Source: Candidatus Helarchaeota archaeon (GTDB lineage: Archaea > Asgardarchaeota > Lokiarchaeia > Helarchaeales > RDOG01). From it: 64,000 nt of DNA. Below are positions 10,494-20,886 of the stretch, piece by piece. The stretch lies in the NCBI GenBank assembly GCA_019058315.1, contig JAHPZH010000005.1, forward strand, positions 320,601-384,600, in the 5' to 3' direction. How positions within the stretch are numbered: position 1 is the first letter of the stretch; the number at the start of each line of letters is the position of its first letter. The notes below the pieces were generated by a model. That model searched no databases, was not told the DNA's origin, and saw only the letters and a program-made list of their open reading frames with translations. The translations under genes and the position numbers were made by a program.

Positions 10494-11651
10494 TTATAGT
10501 CTTTCAAGCAAGTATTCTGTAATATCATACAATTTTATCTTTGATCCAGATTTTTCAATTGCGTCTTGGAGGTTACGGTAACAAAATGGGCAAGAAGTAA
10601 TTAATATATTTGCGCCTGTGGCTTCAGCTTCTTTAATTCGTTCCACTGCAATATCAACAGACCAATCTTTAAAGGCAGATTTCACACCTCCACCCGCTCC
10701 GCAGCACCAAGCATTTTTCTCATTTCGGGGCATTTCAATAAGATTTTTTTTACCCACAATAGCTTTAATTAACTTCCTTGGAGGCTTATAAATTCCACAA
10801 TGTCTTCCCAAGTGGCATGGATCATGATATGTTACTTTCTCATCAACAGTTTTTATTTCTAATTTTTTTTCAGAGAGTAATTTAGATAAGTATTCAGTTA
10901 TATGTAAAATATCAAAATCAGGTTTCTTGCCATAGAGTTTTTCGTAATCTTTCTTTAATGTTCTATAACATCCAGCGCATGAAGTTACTACAATTTTTGC
11001 CCCTGTTTTCTGGACAACATCTAAGTTGTGATTTGCGATTTCTTTTACACTATTTATCTGTCCGGTTCTTAAAAGAGGTGAAGTACAACACCATTCTTCA
11101 GGAGAAATTGTAAAATCAACGGCCATTCTTTTAAGAAGATCATATGTTGCCCTTGCAATTTTATTTTGCCTATATGAAGAGGTACAACCAACGAAATAAA
11201 GAACTTCAGCTTTATCTTTTAAATCGGCTTTTTCTTTGTCAGTAAGCCAATTTAAACGATTTTTATGAGGCTCAGCATAGGGATTGTGCTCTTTGTCAAT
11301 ATAACCAGAATAACCCTTATGTTCTGGTAACGGACCACATCCTGCTTCTACAGCTTCTGTTCGAAGTGCTTCAATAATTTCTACGATATGGTCTCCAATC
11401 CTCATATCGCAGATCTCACCGCAATTACCGCAGACAGGGCATGAAAATATTTTTTTTACTATGGAATCTGAGAACTTAATTTTTCCTTCGATAATACCTC
11501 TAGCAATCCAGACTTTACCTGAACCAAAATAAGGCTCAAACATAAACCTTTCTCCTGCAGGACAAGAAGGTAGATAAGTTTCTGAAGTATATTTACAAGT
11601 ATTACATCTTGTACAAATATATACATATTCTTTGACTTCGTCTAATGCCAT
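10494..11651 (-). CDS. HdrD/GlpC-like Fe-S oxidoreductase with CCG domains
   Basis: CTRCNTC..CP and CPVCGNCGEIC ferredoxin motifs; YFVGC, WCC, SCAGC, YHDPCHLGR, CCGAGGG, SCPFC. Confidence 0.92.
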   Translation of the reverse strand: MALDEVKEYVYICTRCNTCKYTSETYLPSCPAGERFMFEPYFGSGKVWIARGIIEGKIKFSDSIVKKIFSCPVCGNCGEICDMRIGDHIVEIIEALRTEAVEAGCGPLPEHKGYSGYIDKEHNPYAEPHKNRLNWLTDKEKADLKDKAEVLYFVGCTSSYRQNKIARATYDLLKRMAVDFTISPEEWCCTSPLLRTGQINSVKEIANHNLDVVQKTGAKIVVTSCAGCYRTLKKDYEKLYGKKPDFDILHITEYLSKLLSEKKLEIKTVDEKVTYHDPCHLGRHCGIYKPPRKLIKAIVGKKNLIEMPRNEKNAWCCGAGGGVKSAFKDWSVDIAVERIKEAEATGANILITSCPFCYRNLQDAIEKSGSKIKLYDITEYLLERL

Positions 11652-11661
11652 ATTTTACACC

Positions 11662-13128
11662 TTATAGATTCCATCGTCCAGGATTCATAATTTCATTAGG
11701 ATCTAAAGCTTTTCTGACTCGTCTTGCTACTTTCACCCAATTTGGATCCATCGCTTTCAAGACTTTTTCAGAAGCCCAAGCGGGACATTTATACGGAATT
11801 GCACCAGAAGGTAAAGTAGCGGTTTCTAATAACTCTTGTAACATTGCTCGAACTTTCTCAGATTCTCCAGGAACAGCTTTATTAAATGGAACAAGATATC
11901 TTACAACCACAAAATGTCCAGCATCCATCATTTTTGAGAAGACTAATGGCTCAAAACCATGCTTCTCCATTACCTTCCAACCCTTATCATATGCATCTAT
12001 CCAAGTATTCGGGGGACAATATGTACCTAACCAACTCATCCCAGCCCCTTTATATTCTCCAATTTGTCCTCTAAATTCCATAAATGCTGGTAAACTTTGG
12101 GGTAATTTCATAATATCACCTTTCCCCATTGGAACAAAATCAATTTTCTTTCCATCTTCTTCTGCTACTTCTTGTGTAATTTCTTTTACTCTTTTTTGTT
12201 TTAATTTATCCTCTTCTTTTGTATCAGAGAATAAAATGATGATAGAAGTCAACATTGCTTCATTTAGACCTGCAGGAGGAAGTGGGTGCTTCATACCCGT
12301 CATCATTTTAATAGTAGGGGTGGAAAAGGTAGATTCTCCGTGAATAAGATCTCCATTAACTAGTCTCCGAAGTGTTTTATCAGCAGCAGAAAGACTTCTA
12401 TATGAAACGGTAATTGTGTTTCTCACAGTGGGGTTGGGAACAATTTTAACAGAACATTTTGTAACCACACCGGTCATTCCTTGCCAACCAATGAAGAGAC
12501 TTGTTAAGTCTGGCAAAGGGTATTTCATATTCCAGTTATCTGATATTGTATTACTCCCAATCTTTACGATTTCTCCCGTAGGAAGTACAACTTCCAATCC
12601 AACAATCCAATCACCCATAGCTCCCCATCTGACGCTAAATTCAGTGAGTCCTTCTAATAGAGCATTTGCTACTATAGATGTATATGGAGGAGAATAAGCA
12701 TAAGAATATATGAAGTCGGGATGATTTGTAGCAAGATATGCCTTCATATGCCCAAAAGTAACACCTGGTTCTACAATAGCATATTTTGCAACCTCATCAA
12801 CTTTGAGGATCTTGTTCATCCGTTTTAAATCAAGCATTATACCACCATGAACTGGAATGGTAAGACCCCCAATGTTAGCTGCTGCTATATAAGGTACAAC
12901 AGGAATTTTTTCATCATTTGCAATTTCAAGGACACCTCTAACTTCTTCCGTTGAATTTGGCATAACTATTGCTTCTGGATTACCTGGTTTGGCTTCTGTC
13001 ATATCTCGAGCATAAATATAGAGATCTTCTGGATCAGCTGACACCCATTGGTCGCCAACAACTCCAATAAGTTTATTAATTATATTTTCGTTTAATTTTC
13101 CATATTTTTCTGTCATTTTCGTCAACAC
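11662..13128 (-). CDS. FAD-linked oxidoreductase (GlcD/D-lactate dehydrogenase family)
   Basis: GGIMLDLKRMNKI, VEPGVT, GLEVVLPTGE, G.QGMTGVVT, LDPNEIMNPG; apparent operon with HdrD-like gene. Confidence 0.92.
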   Translation of the reverse strand: MLTKMTEKYGKLNENIINKLIGVVGDQWVSADPEDLYIYARDMTEAKPGNPEAIVMPNSTEEVRGVLEIANDEKIPVVPYIAAANIGGLTIPVHGGIMLDLKRMNKILKVDEVAKYAIVEPGVTFGHMKAYLATNHPDFIYSYAYSPPYTSIVANALLEGLTEFSVRWGAMGDWIVGLEVVLPTGEIVKIGSNTISDNWNMKYPLPDLTSLFIGWQGMTGVVTKCSVKIVPNPTVRNTITVSYRSLSAADKTLRRLVNGDLIHGESTFSTPTIKMMTGMKHPLPPAGLNEAMLTSIIILFSDTKEEDKLKQKRVKEITQEVAEEDGKKIDFVPMGKGDIMKLPQSLPAFMEFRGQIGEYKGAGMSWLGTYCPPNTWIDAYDKGWKVMEKHGFEPLVFSKMMDAGHFVVVRYLVPFNKAVPGESEKVRAMLQELLETATLPSGAIPYKCPAWASEKVLKAMDPNWVKVARRVRKALDPNEIMNPGRWNL

Positions 13129-13332
13129 ATTTGTATTAATTAGTTAATTAAATCTAATTTAATTGTAATTTGACTTAGAACTTACTTTGTTATAAGTCAA
13201 TTTATTAGATTTAAAAATAAATTTCGTTGTTATACAAATTATTTAATGAATATTATAATATTTTGAAAAATTGCACAATGCCTACAATTTATTATTAGAA
13301 ATCATAACTAATCAAAGTAATTTTAAAATAGC

Positions 13333-14511
13333 TCAAATTCTTCCTATTGTCTCAAATGGTATTTTATGACAAAACGGACAATCAACTGCACTATACATTT
13401 TTATCCAGCTTTTTAGATCTGATTCAAATTCTGGTTCAAACTCAAATAAGAGTTTTAATACTTGCGCTTTATTTAGTAGATAATTACCTTTCCAATTAAA
13501 ATTGACATAGTTTTTTTCATTTTTTACTTCAAAGTGAATATTTTTTTGTTGTTCAGTTTTTTCAAAGCTCAAATTGATCTCAAGCTCTTTATGATTATCA
13601 TACCAAATGCCACAACTAATTGGGTGTATATTTTTATGGATTTGGTAATTTAATTCCAAAGTATCTATATTTTCTAAATTTATTTGATAGAAAAAACAAG
13701 CCATGTAAGTTTTTTTTGTCTTTGGACAAGAATATAATCTCTTTTGATCAGCAATTTCAATAATATATGACTCTCCGATATGTAATTTTTGGAAAATATT
13801 CTTAAAAGTATCATGGGGAACAAGAGCATTTACTATATTTAGTTTTTTATTTTGATGTTCATAAATCTCGGGTTGGATTTCAAAAGGCTGTCGATTTTGA
13901 TCCAAAATCTGTAGATTGTACTTATCAGATTTTGAAAAAAGTGTTATATAATTAATGGGAGGTGTTATATTTGACAATTTCAAATAATTTCTTTTCTCAT
14001 TATAATCCATAAGACCATCTTTTTGGATTTTCCAATCAACAGATTTTTTTAATATCCATGTGTATCCTGTATAATTTGTAAAGAAGCTTGAAAGTTCTTC
14101 ATATTTTTTAAACCAGAATTCTTTTTTTCCTTCCAAGCTTGGTTTATCTTCATCTAAAGGTAAGAGTCGTAACAAACCATCTATCTTTTCTTTTATTCTC
14201 CAGAAATCAGAGATTACACGATATCTTTTTCTCTTTATTTTTTCAATTAAGCCAATATTTTTTAAATCATTTAAAGCACGACGGATATTATGTATTGGTT
14301 CATTTAATTTTTCACTCAATTCCTCTGTAAACTCACCCTTCTTGCTATGCAACAGTTCTTTATACAGATTTAGGGCTAGACCCTTTTTTCCACCTATAAC
14401 CCTTCTCCATGCTCCAATTACATTTTTACTAATCTTATTAAAATCAAGAGCTAAAGTTAAAAATCTCGAAATCTTATTTTCATACGGTTTATACTCTCTT
14501 ATTTCAGCCAT
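13333..14511 (-). CDS. Winged-HTH protein with uncharacterised C-terminal domain (putative regulator)
   Basis: FTEELSEKLNEPIHNIRRALNDLKNIGLIEK wHTH; C-terminal CPFC; divergent from the ArcS/RaSEA-like pair. Confidence 0.6.
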   Translation of the reverse strand: MAEIREYKPYENKISRFLTLALDFNKISKNVIGAWRRVIGGKKGLALNLYKELLHSKKGEFTEELSEKLNEPIHNIRRALNDLKNIGLIEKIKRKRYRVISDFWRIKEKIDGLLRLLPLDEDKPSLEGKKEFWFKKYEELSSFFTNYTGYTWILKKSVDWKIQKDGLMDYNEKRNYLKLSNITPPINYITLFSKSDKYNLQILDQNRQPFEIQPEIYEHQNKKLNIVNALVPHDTFKNIFQKLHIGESYIIEIADQKRLYSCPKTKKTYMACFFYQINLENIDTLELNYQIHKNIHPISCGIWYDNHKELEINLSFEKTEQQKNIHFEVKNEKNYVNFNWKGNYLLNKAQVLKLLFEFEPEFESDLKSWIKMYSAVDCPFCHKIPFETIGRI

Positions 14512-14563
14512 TTTTATTCACAATTTAATATATTTCTAATAAAAATAATTATTCATTCTAATG

Positions 14564-14582
14564 TATTACATTTTTTGTAATA
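14564..14582. promoter_or_regulatory. Perfect inverted repeat TATTACA-N5-TGTAATA, candidate operator
   Basis: Lies in the 128-bp divergent intergenic region between the wHTH gene and the ArcS-like gene. Confidence 0.5.
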
Positions 14583-14639
14583 AAAAGTTCTTTAAAAAAA
14601 TAGTTTTTTATATATTAAGACAATAAATAAAAGATTCTG

Positions 14640-15275
14640 GTGTATATTTTGAACGATAATCCACTTTTGTTCTTAAAAGGTGTCGGTAAGGATTATGTAG
14701 ACAACCCTATTTTCAATAATGCTCATAAAAAAATTATTGCTGAATATAAACCTTCTATTTCTGGTAAAATTGCGCTTTTTACTGTCTGTTCATGGGGTAA
14801 ACCTTATAGACAAAGCTATATTCATTATTTCATATTGAGATCCTTAATTAAAGCAAATTTATTAGATAAATTACAATTAATTGTTATTACTAATGCAGGT
14901 GTGGTCCCATATGAGTTAAGTGATAATTATCCATATTTTGCATATGATTGGGATCCACTACTTGAAACTCCAAAAATAAAGAAATTATATATTGAAATAT
15001 TAAATAAAAGATTAAATGAATTTTTAGAACATAAGAAGAAGTACTACAGTAAATTTTGCTGTTACTTAAGACATCAAAGCGAATCTTATCAATCTATAAT
15101 AAATATTGGGTTTGCATTAAAGTTAAAAATCCCAAATTTCGCAATTCATGAAGATAAAATCACACAAGACGAAATATCTCAAGTTTCTTTAGATTTCTAT
15201 GAAGATCATGATTTGGTCTTAATTACTAAACGTAATCTGGATAATCTTGTGAATAAAATAAAGGAGATAATTTAA
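14640..15275 (+). CDS. Stand-alone archaeosine synthase (ArcS)-like catalytic domain (DUF5591-like)
   Basis: VCSWGKPYRQSYIH resembles the ArcS PCSxxKPYxxSxSH motif; GVVPYEL..YP...YD resembles GxVPRELE..YP..YD; no TGT-like or PUA domain. Confidence 0.75.
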   Translation: MYILNDNPLLFLKGVGKDYVDNPIFNNAHKKIIAEYKPSISGKIALFTVCSWGKPYRQSYIHYFILRSLIKANLLDKLQLIVITNAGVVPYELSDNYPYFAYDWDPLLETPKIKKLYIEILNKRLNEFLEHKKKYYSKFCCYLRHQSESYQSIINIGFALKLKIPNFAIHEDKITQDEISQVSLDFYEDHDLVLITKRNLDNLVNKIKEII

Positions 15276-16000
15276 TGCTAGGTTCATGGTTTGATCAGGA
15301 TAAACAGGAAATTACTGTTATTTTAACTAATTTTCCATGTTCCTATAATCAATGCACTCATTGCCCTTTTGATATTGAAAGTATAGATGACGAGAAAGAA
15401 GTTACTATCACAAATAAACAAATAATTGATGAAGCTATAGAAAAGGTCGTGGAATTTGACCTTAAAAGAGTGAAGATTTTTAATGGAGGCAGTTTTCTTG
15501 AGTTACCAGATGAGGTATTTCCAATCCTTAAATCAATAACGGAGGGTAAGGATGTAAGCATAGAATCTAGACCAGAATTTCTCTCCAAAAAATCAATAGC
15601 ACTCATTTTTGATAAATTAAAACCTTTAAAACTTAATGTTTTCATTGGTTTTGATTCTGCGGATGATAATATTCGAAATGTCCTCCTTAATAAGGGTATT
15701 CCAAAAAGTGAATTAGACCGTATTTTAAATGAATTAAAAGATATTGAGAATGTCCAATTCTTTTCATATGTATTATTTGGTATCAGGGGAGTATCTGAAG
15801 AATCAGTTAAAGAAAGTGTTCTCTATTTTAATAATTATTTAAATGGAGTTTCCGCTATTGAATTTAGAGAAAATCCAAAATCTGAATTAAAACATCAAAA
15901 AATATCAGAATCGCTTAAAAAATTCCTAATTCAGAATTGTTTAAATGTTGATTTTATAGGGGATGATGATGAACAATGGTTATTGCCCGAAGAATCTTAA
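15275..16000 (+). CDS. Radical SAM protein, RaSEA (archaeosine biosynthesis, TIGR01210)-like, short form
   Basis: TVILT..CSYNQCTHC, VKIFNGGSFL, IESRPEF, IGFDSADDNIR..LNKG; TAATG stop/start coupling with the ArcS-like gene. Confidence 0.75.
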   Translation: MLGSWFDQDKQEITVILTNFPCSYNQCTHCPFDIESIDDEKEVTITNKQIIDEAIEKVVEFDLKRVKIFNGGSFLELPDEVFPILKSITEGKDVSIESRPEFLSKKSIALIFDKLKPLKLNVFIGFDSADDNIRNVLLNKGIPKSELDRILNELKDIENVQFFSYVLFGIRGVSEESVKESVLYFNNYLNGVSAIEFRENPKSELKHQKISESLKKFLIQNCLNVDFIGDDDEQWLLPEES

Positions 16001-16038
16001 GATTTTTGATTTAATAGTCTTTTATAAGGAATAAAGCT

Positions 16039-17361
16039 TTACATAACAACTTCTGTAAGGAATTCTCCAATTTTACCCCTGATAGTTTCTGATGTTACCT
16101 CTCTTGAATCATAGGGGTCACAAGCTATAATTAAAGATGGAACACCAGTCTCTTGACGAACTGATTCGGCAATTAATCGAGTAATTGAGTATGCATGCTT
16201 ACAAGCGAATTGGATTGGAATTATGACACAATCAATCTTATAATCCTTAACCCAGCGCATTACATAGTCCACATAGTATTCTGCGGGGCCTCTACACGTT
16301 CCAATCATGGAGAAGTCCAGAGTACCCTTTGCCAAGCTCTCAAAACATTTCTCTATTGTAGATGTATCATGAGGTTGGACTGGGTAAAACCCTAACAGGT
16401 CCATTATTATAGAAGCTTTGTAAGTCTCTTCTAGCCAAGGGAATAGCTCCCTATCGAAAAAGACGTGTGTATATGGCCAGGCTATGCGTATATTTTCGCC
16501 AGGGACGCCAGCTACTCCGTTTTTAACATTGTTTGCTGCATTATCTCTAATTAATTTTGTTGCTTTAACACCAACTTCAGTACCACCACGGGTGACCATT
16601 GTAAGAAAATTTTTCATAGGTTCAAGGCTGTTAACGGGACAAGGGACAGTTTTTAGGAGTTCATTGAATTCCGAGATATTTTCACGTGCTTGATTAACCC
16701 AGATCATTGTTTGTTTAAATTTCTCTTCATCTAATTTTCTATTCGTTTGTTGTTCTAACCAGGATATGAAATATTTTAATTGATTTAAAATATAATCCAA
16801 TGTTTTTTCATCAAAAAACTCGCTATTTGGGTCATTATAATCCCAATATGGAATATCAATGTTAAACTGGGGCACTCCTGTTAAATATTGAAAAACTTGG
16901 TAAGTCGTTGCTATTGAATTACACGGAGTCGAAAGAAAGAAAATAATATCAGGAATGGGTGCTATTCCATTTTCAAAAGCACCTATTAAAGGTCTTTGTG
17001 CATTACATAGAGTTGGGTTATCACCATATCCTATTTGATTTGTAAGATCGATGTAAAATTCATTTGCATGCATTGGAGCAAGACCAACACTAAAAACCTC
17101 TTGCATAAGAGGTTCTAAATCCATTGCATGAAATAATTCAGGACCATAATTAAATGGATGCATTACAATTGGTTTTTCTTTAATTCTAGCATTACCTACA
17201 TCAACGAACATATCTAGTACCATTTCCATAAATGGATCATATGGCTCGCTTTTAGCACCCACGAGAAATCCATCAAATAAAATTTTCCAAAGCTTAAAAT
17301 CCTTACCCCATTTTGCCCTTCTGTATTGCTTATATTTATTATACCATGGTTCCTCCATCAT
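16039..17361 (-). CDS. 2-hydroxyacyl-CoA dehydratase family subunit (alpha-like), paralog 4
   Basis: LCNAQR, STPCNS, QFACKH, CDPYDSR. Confidence 0.85.
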   Translation of the reverse strand: MMEEPWYNKYKQYRRAKWGKDFKLWKILFDGFLVGAKSEPYDPFMEMVLDMFVDVGNARIKEKPIVMHPFNYGPELFHAMDLEPLMQEVFSVGLAPMHANEFYIDLTNQIGYGDNPTLCNAQRPLIGAFENGIAPIPDIIFFLSTPCNSIATTYQVFQYLTGVPQFNIDIPYWDYNDPNSEFFDEKTLDYILNQLKYFISWLEQQTNRKLDEEKFKQTMIWVNQARENISEFNELLKTVPCPVNSLEPMKNFLTMVTRGGTEVGVKATKLIRDNAANNVKNGVAGVPGENIRIAWPYTHVFFDRELFPWLEETYKASIIMDLLGFYPVQPHDTSTIEKCFESLAKGTLDFSMIGTCRGPAEYYVDYVMRWVKDYKIDCVIIPIQFACKHAYSITRLIAESVRQETGVPSLIIACDPYDSREVTSETIRGKIGEFLTEVVM

Positions 17362-17418
17362 ATTACCTCAATTAAACATTTCCCAATATGAAAAATAAAA
17401 AAAATATCGATAATTAAT

Positions 17419-18204
17419 CTATTTCTTCTTTTCATACTCTTCTTTAGCTAGAAGAGCTGCACCGACTGCTCCAACAATCTGAGGGTCAACAGGTAACGGT
17501 TTGGTTTTTACTCCTAACCTTTTCTCTAAGTATGTAACCACACCAATATTTTTTGCGACTCCGCCAGTTATTGTTACATCTTCTTCAAGACCAACTTTAT
17601 AGACCTGAGACATGATTCTAGCTGCGATAGCATCATGTATACCTGCAACGATATCAGCAACTTCGGCACCATCAGCTATACGACTTACAACTTCTGTTTC
17701 AGCGAATACACTACATTGAGCAGTAATAGCTATTGGGCTTTTTGCTTGAAGAGAGATAGGACCGAGCTCTTCAAGCTTTAACTCTAGAGTTCTAGCCATA
17801 ACCTCTAAAAATCTCCCTGTTCCGGCAGCACATTTATCATTCATAGCAAAGTCAAGGAGCTTTCCATCCTTACTAACTTTTATAACTTTAAGATCTTGAC
17901 CACCCATATCAATTATCGTTCTTATCGATGGAATAAACGAATGGGCACCTTTTCCATGACAAGTTATTTCAGATATGTTTTTATCGGCAAAAGGTATTTT
18001 CACACGACCATAACCTGTTCCAACAATAAATTCTATATCCTCTTGAGTTAAATTTGATTTTTTTAGAACCTCATCCATAGCATTTCGAGCAGTTCTTTCG
18101 GGTTTAACAGTAGTTGGGACTATGCTATAGGCTATCATTGAACCGTTTTTATATATAACAGCTTTACCGGTCAAAGAACCGACATCACAACCTGCAATAA
18201 TCAT
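17419..18204 (-). CDS. CoA-substrate-specific enzyme activase (HgdC/BadF/BzdQ-like ATPase)
   Basis: GCDVGSLTGK, GTGYGR, EITCHGKG, DMGGQD.K, MNDKCAAGTGRFLE, CSVFAETE, TGGVAKN. Confidence 0.95.
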   Translation of the reverse strand: MIIAGCDVGSLTGKAVIYKNGSMIAYSIVPTTVKPERTARNAMDEVLKKSNLTQEDIEFIVGTGYGRVKIPFADKNISEITCHGKGAHSFIPSIRTIIDMGGQDLKVIKVSKDGKLLDFAMNDKCAAGTGRFLEVMARTLELKLEELGPISLQAKSPIAITAQCSVFAETEVVSRIADGAEVADIVAGIHDAIAARIMSQVYKVGLEEDVTITGGVAKNIGVVTYLEKRLGVKTKPLPVDPQIVGAVGAALLAKEEYEKKK

Positions 18205-18218
18205 TAATAAAACCTCTA

Positions 18219-19598
18219 TTACATGACTACTTCCGTTAAAAACTCTGAAATCCTTCCTCTGATAGTTTCAGCGGGTACTTCTCTTGCATCGAATGGATCA
18301 CACCCGAAAATTAAAGACGGAATTCCAGTTTCTTCCTTTACAACTTCTGCCATTATCCGAAGCATAGAATAATTATGTTTGCAAGCGAATTGCATTGGTA
18401 CAATCACACAATCGCATTTATATTCCTTAACCCATCGTACAACGTGATCTATATAGAACTCTGCTGGACCCCTACAACTACCGACCATAGACATGTCTAG
18501 TGTTCCTCTAGCTAGGCTTTCAAAGCATTTTTCTACTGTAGATGTATCGTGAGATGGAACGGGGTAAAATCCTAGGAGATCCATAATAGTAACTGCATTA
18601 AAATTCTGTTCGAGATATGGAAATAGGTTCATCTCATCGAAGAAAACGTGGATGTATGGCCAAGCAATCCTGATTTTCTCGTCAGCTATGCCTCCAACTT
18701 TCTTCTTAACATTTGCTGATGCAACATCACGGAGTGATTTAGTTACCTTGACAGCCCCTTCAGTACCTCCGCAAAGTGCCATAGTAAACCAATTACTAAA
18801 TCCTGCTACACTGTTAACGGGGCAGGGAACTGCCTTTAACAGTTCTTGAAATTCCATTATATTTTCACGTGATTGATTAAGCCAACCCATTGTTTGTTTA
18901 AATCTTTCTTCTTCAAATTTTTGATTTGTATTCTTCTCCATCCAAGATACAAGGTTCTTTGACTGATTCAAAATATATCCTAATGTTTCTTCATCGTAAT
19001 AATCCTTGAATTGTTTTCTTTCTGGGTCATACTCCCAATATGGGATGTCCATAACGAATGTTGGAAGGTTTCCAACTAAATGTTGAAAGACTTGATATGT
19101 TATGGCTATAGAATTACAAGGAGTACTGGTAAAAAATAGCAGATCTGGGATAGGTGCAGCTTCTTTGAAATATGCTCCAATTAGAGGACGAGAAGCATTA
19201 CAGATCGTAGGATTATCACCGAATCCCATTTCATCAGTAAGGTCAATGTAAAATTCGTTCATACGGACGGGAGATAAGCCCACACTAAATAATTCTTGCA
19301 TAAGAGGTTGGATCCCCATCGCATAGAATATTTCTGGACCATAATTAAAAGTATGCATAATAATTGGCTTTCCTTCTACTCTTGCACTGCCAACATCAAG
19401 GAAAACATTTAGCATCATTTCCATAAATGGAACAAGTGGTTGATCCTTCGTTTGAGCAAGCATTGCACTGTACATACCCTTCCATAAACTAAAGCCCTTA
19501 CCTTTAATCTTTTCTCGACCCATTTTTTTATACTTTTTAAAAGTTTCCGCGTCCATTATTTTAGTATCGCCACCTTCACTACCAAATATACTTGCCAT
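18219..19598 (-). CDS. 2-hydroxyacyl-CoA dehydratase family subunit (alpha-like), paralog 5
   Basis: ICNASR, STPCNS, QFACKH, CDPFDAR. Confidence 0.85.
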   Translation of the reverse strand: MASIFGSEGGDTKIMDAETFKKYKKMGREKIKGKGFSLWKGMYSAMLAQTKDQPLVPFMEMMLNVFLDVGSARVEGKPIIMHTFNYGPEIFYAMGIQPLMQELFSVGLSPVRMNEFYIDLTDEMGFGDNPTICNASRPLIGAYFKEAAPIPDLLFFTSTPCNSIAITYQVFQHLVGNLPTFVMDIPYWEYDPERKQFKDYYDEETLGYILNQSKNLVSWMEKNTNQKFEEERFKQTMGWLNQSRENIMEFQELLKAVPCPVNSVAGFSNWFTMALCGGTEGAVKVTKSLRDVASANVKKKVGGIADEKIRIAWPYIHVFFDEMNLFPYLEQNFNAVTIMDLLGFYPVPSHDTSTVEKCFESLARGTLDMSMVGSCRGPAEFYIDHVVRWVKEYKCDCVIVPMQFACKHNYSMLRIMAEVVKEETGIPSLIFGCDPFDAREVPAETIRGRISEFLTEVVM

Positions 19599-19602
19599 TT
19601 TT

Positions 19603-20730
19603 TCATCTCGCCTCTAATACTTCTAAGAATGCTTGAATTCGGGTTTTTATAGCTCCAGCTCCACTAAGCACATACTCTCTTTCCAATTCGAGGGATGGAA
19701 TACCTTGTTCTTTTAAATCTCTCCGAAGCATGAAAATTTCACCCCACCAGAATGGACAGAACTTCATCCTCTGGAATAAAACACCATCAACATTATATTC
19801 TTTAATCATATCATTCATAAATTTCAACCTTTCAGGATATCCATCTGTCATACGTGGGCATGGCACCTTTGATAAATAGCGCTTAGCAAGAGCTTCTAGT
19901 GGATCTCCTGTTTCATCAACAAGATCCCAGAAATATCTAGATCCAAAACATAGTGAGTCCATAACTACAACACCACCAAGGTCCTCAATAAGCTTCATGT
20001 ACTCTGGATCATCCAACATACTTCCAATTATCATAATTCGTGCTTTAGAATTAGAAATATCTTTTTTAGCTTCCGCATCTTTTAATAATTGGGTTAAAAG
20101 TTCATTAAATTTATCTCTAGGAATCGTAACTCCTGCCACAGTAACATTTAACATTTCAGTACCAGTAATGGGAGGGGGATCACGTTTTCTAAGCTCATAT
20201 ATTTTTTTTAGAAGTTTACGGGACTCATTATAAACTTTAATTGAGCGTCTAAGATTATCATCTGTAATCTCTACTCCAAAAGCCTTCTTCAAACTATCCT
20301 TGAATTTAACTAATTCATGAGTAAACCAATCAATAGTGACATCATTAACAAAACAGGGAATACTTAAGAAATGATGGAAAGGAAATGGAGCCTTATATCT
20401 TATATTATCATAAAGACGACGGATTTGATCGCAAGTATTACCACAAACAATACCATCAATGAAATTGTATTGTTTTCTGTTTGCCAATTCAAGACAACAA
20501 CGAGTAAAACTACATGTAGTAGCAGACATATAAGCATCACCCATTGGAGTATCGGTACATTCCATTCCTATTGCTCTCATTCTAATTGGAAGAATATCTG
20601 CAGCGTAAATAAGCTCATCCGGTATGTAACTACAGAAATAACCTAAAACCTTTTTTCCTTCTTTTCTCCAGTTATCAATCCAAGAATTTGAAAGAGGAAT
20701 TGCTTGAGCAAATTCATTAATATTAGACAT
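19603..20730 (-). CDS. 2-hydroxyacyl-CoA dehydratase family subunit (beta/BzdN-like), copy 2
   Basis: KKVLGYFCSYIPDELIYAA, TCDQIRR, KFCP, IKTRIQAFLE; ATG at 20730 preferred over upstream TTG by alignment with copy 1. Confidence 0.88.
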   Translation of the reverse strand: MSNINEFAQAIPLSNSWIDNWRKEGKKVLGYFCSYIPDELIYAADILPIRMRAIGMECTDTPMGDAYMSATTCSFTRCCLELANRKQYNFIDGIVCGNTCDQIRRLYDNIRYKAPFPFHHFLSIPCFVNDVTIDWFTHELVKFKDSLKKAFGVEITDDNLRRSIKVYNESRKLLKKIYELRKRDPPPITGTEMLNVTVAGVTIPRDKFNELLTQLLKDAEAKKDISNSKARIMIIGSMLDDPEYMKLIEDLGGVVVMDSLCFGSRYFWDLVDETGDPLEALAKRYLSKVPCPRMTDGYPERLKFMNDMIKEYNVDGVLFQRMKFCPFWWGEIFMLRRDLKEQGIPSLELEREYVLSGAGAIKTRIQAFLEVLEAR

Positions 20731-20886
20731 AATTAAAACCTTCAAATTAAATAAATTGAAAATGAATTTATGTTATATAAGAAAAACCAAAGTAACCTTA
20801 AAAAAATAATGATAACTCTTAGTTATTTCACAATTATAGTTTATTATTTACTAAATTCCGAATAAAATTGAGGCGAGGTAAAGAAA

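Noticed and set aside
11645-12343. 232-aa plus-strand ORF and the many other short antisense ORFs in the track
   Set aside because: They lie opposite well-supported genes and look like codon-bias shadows.
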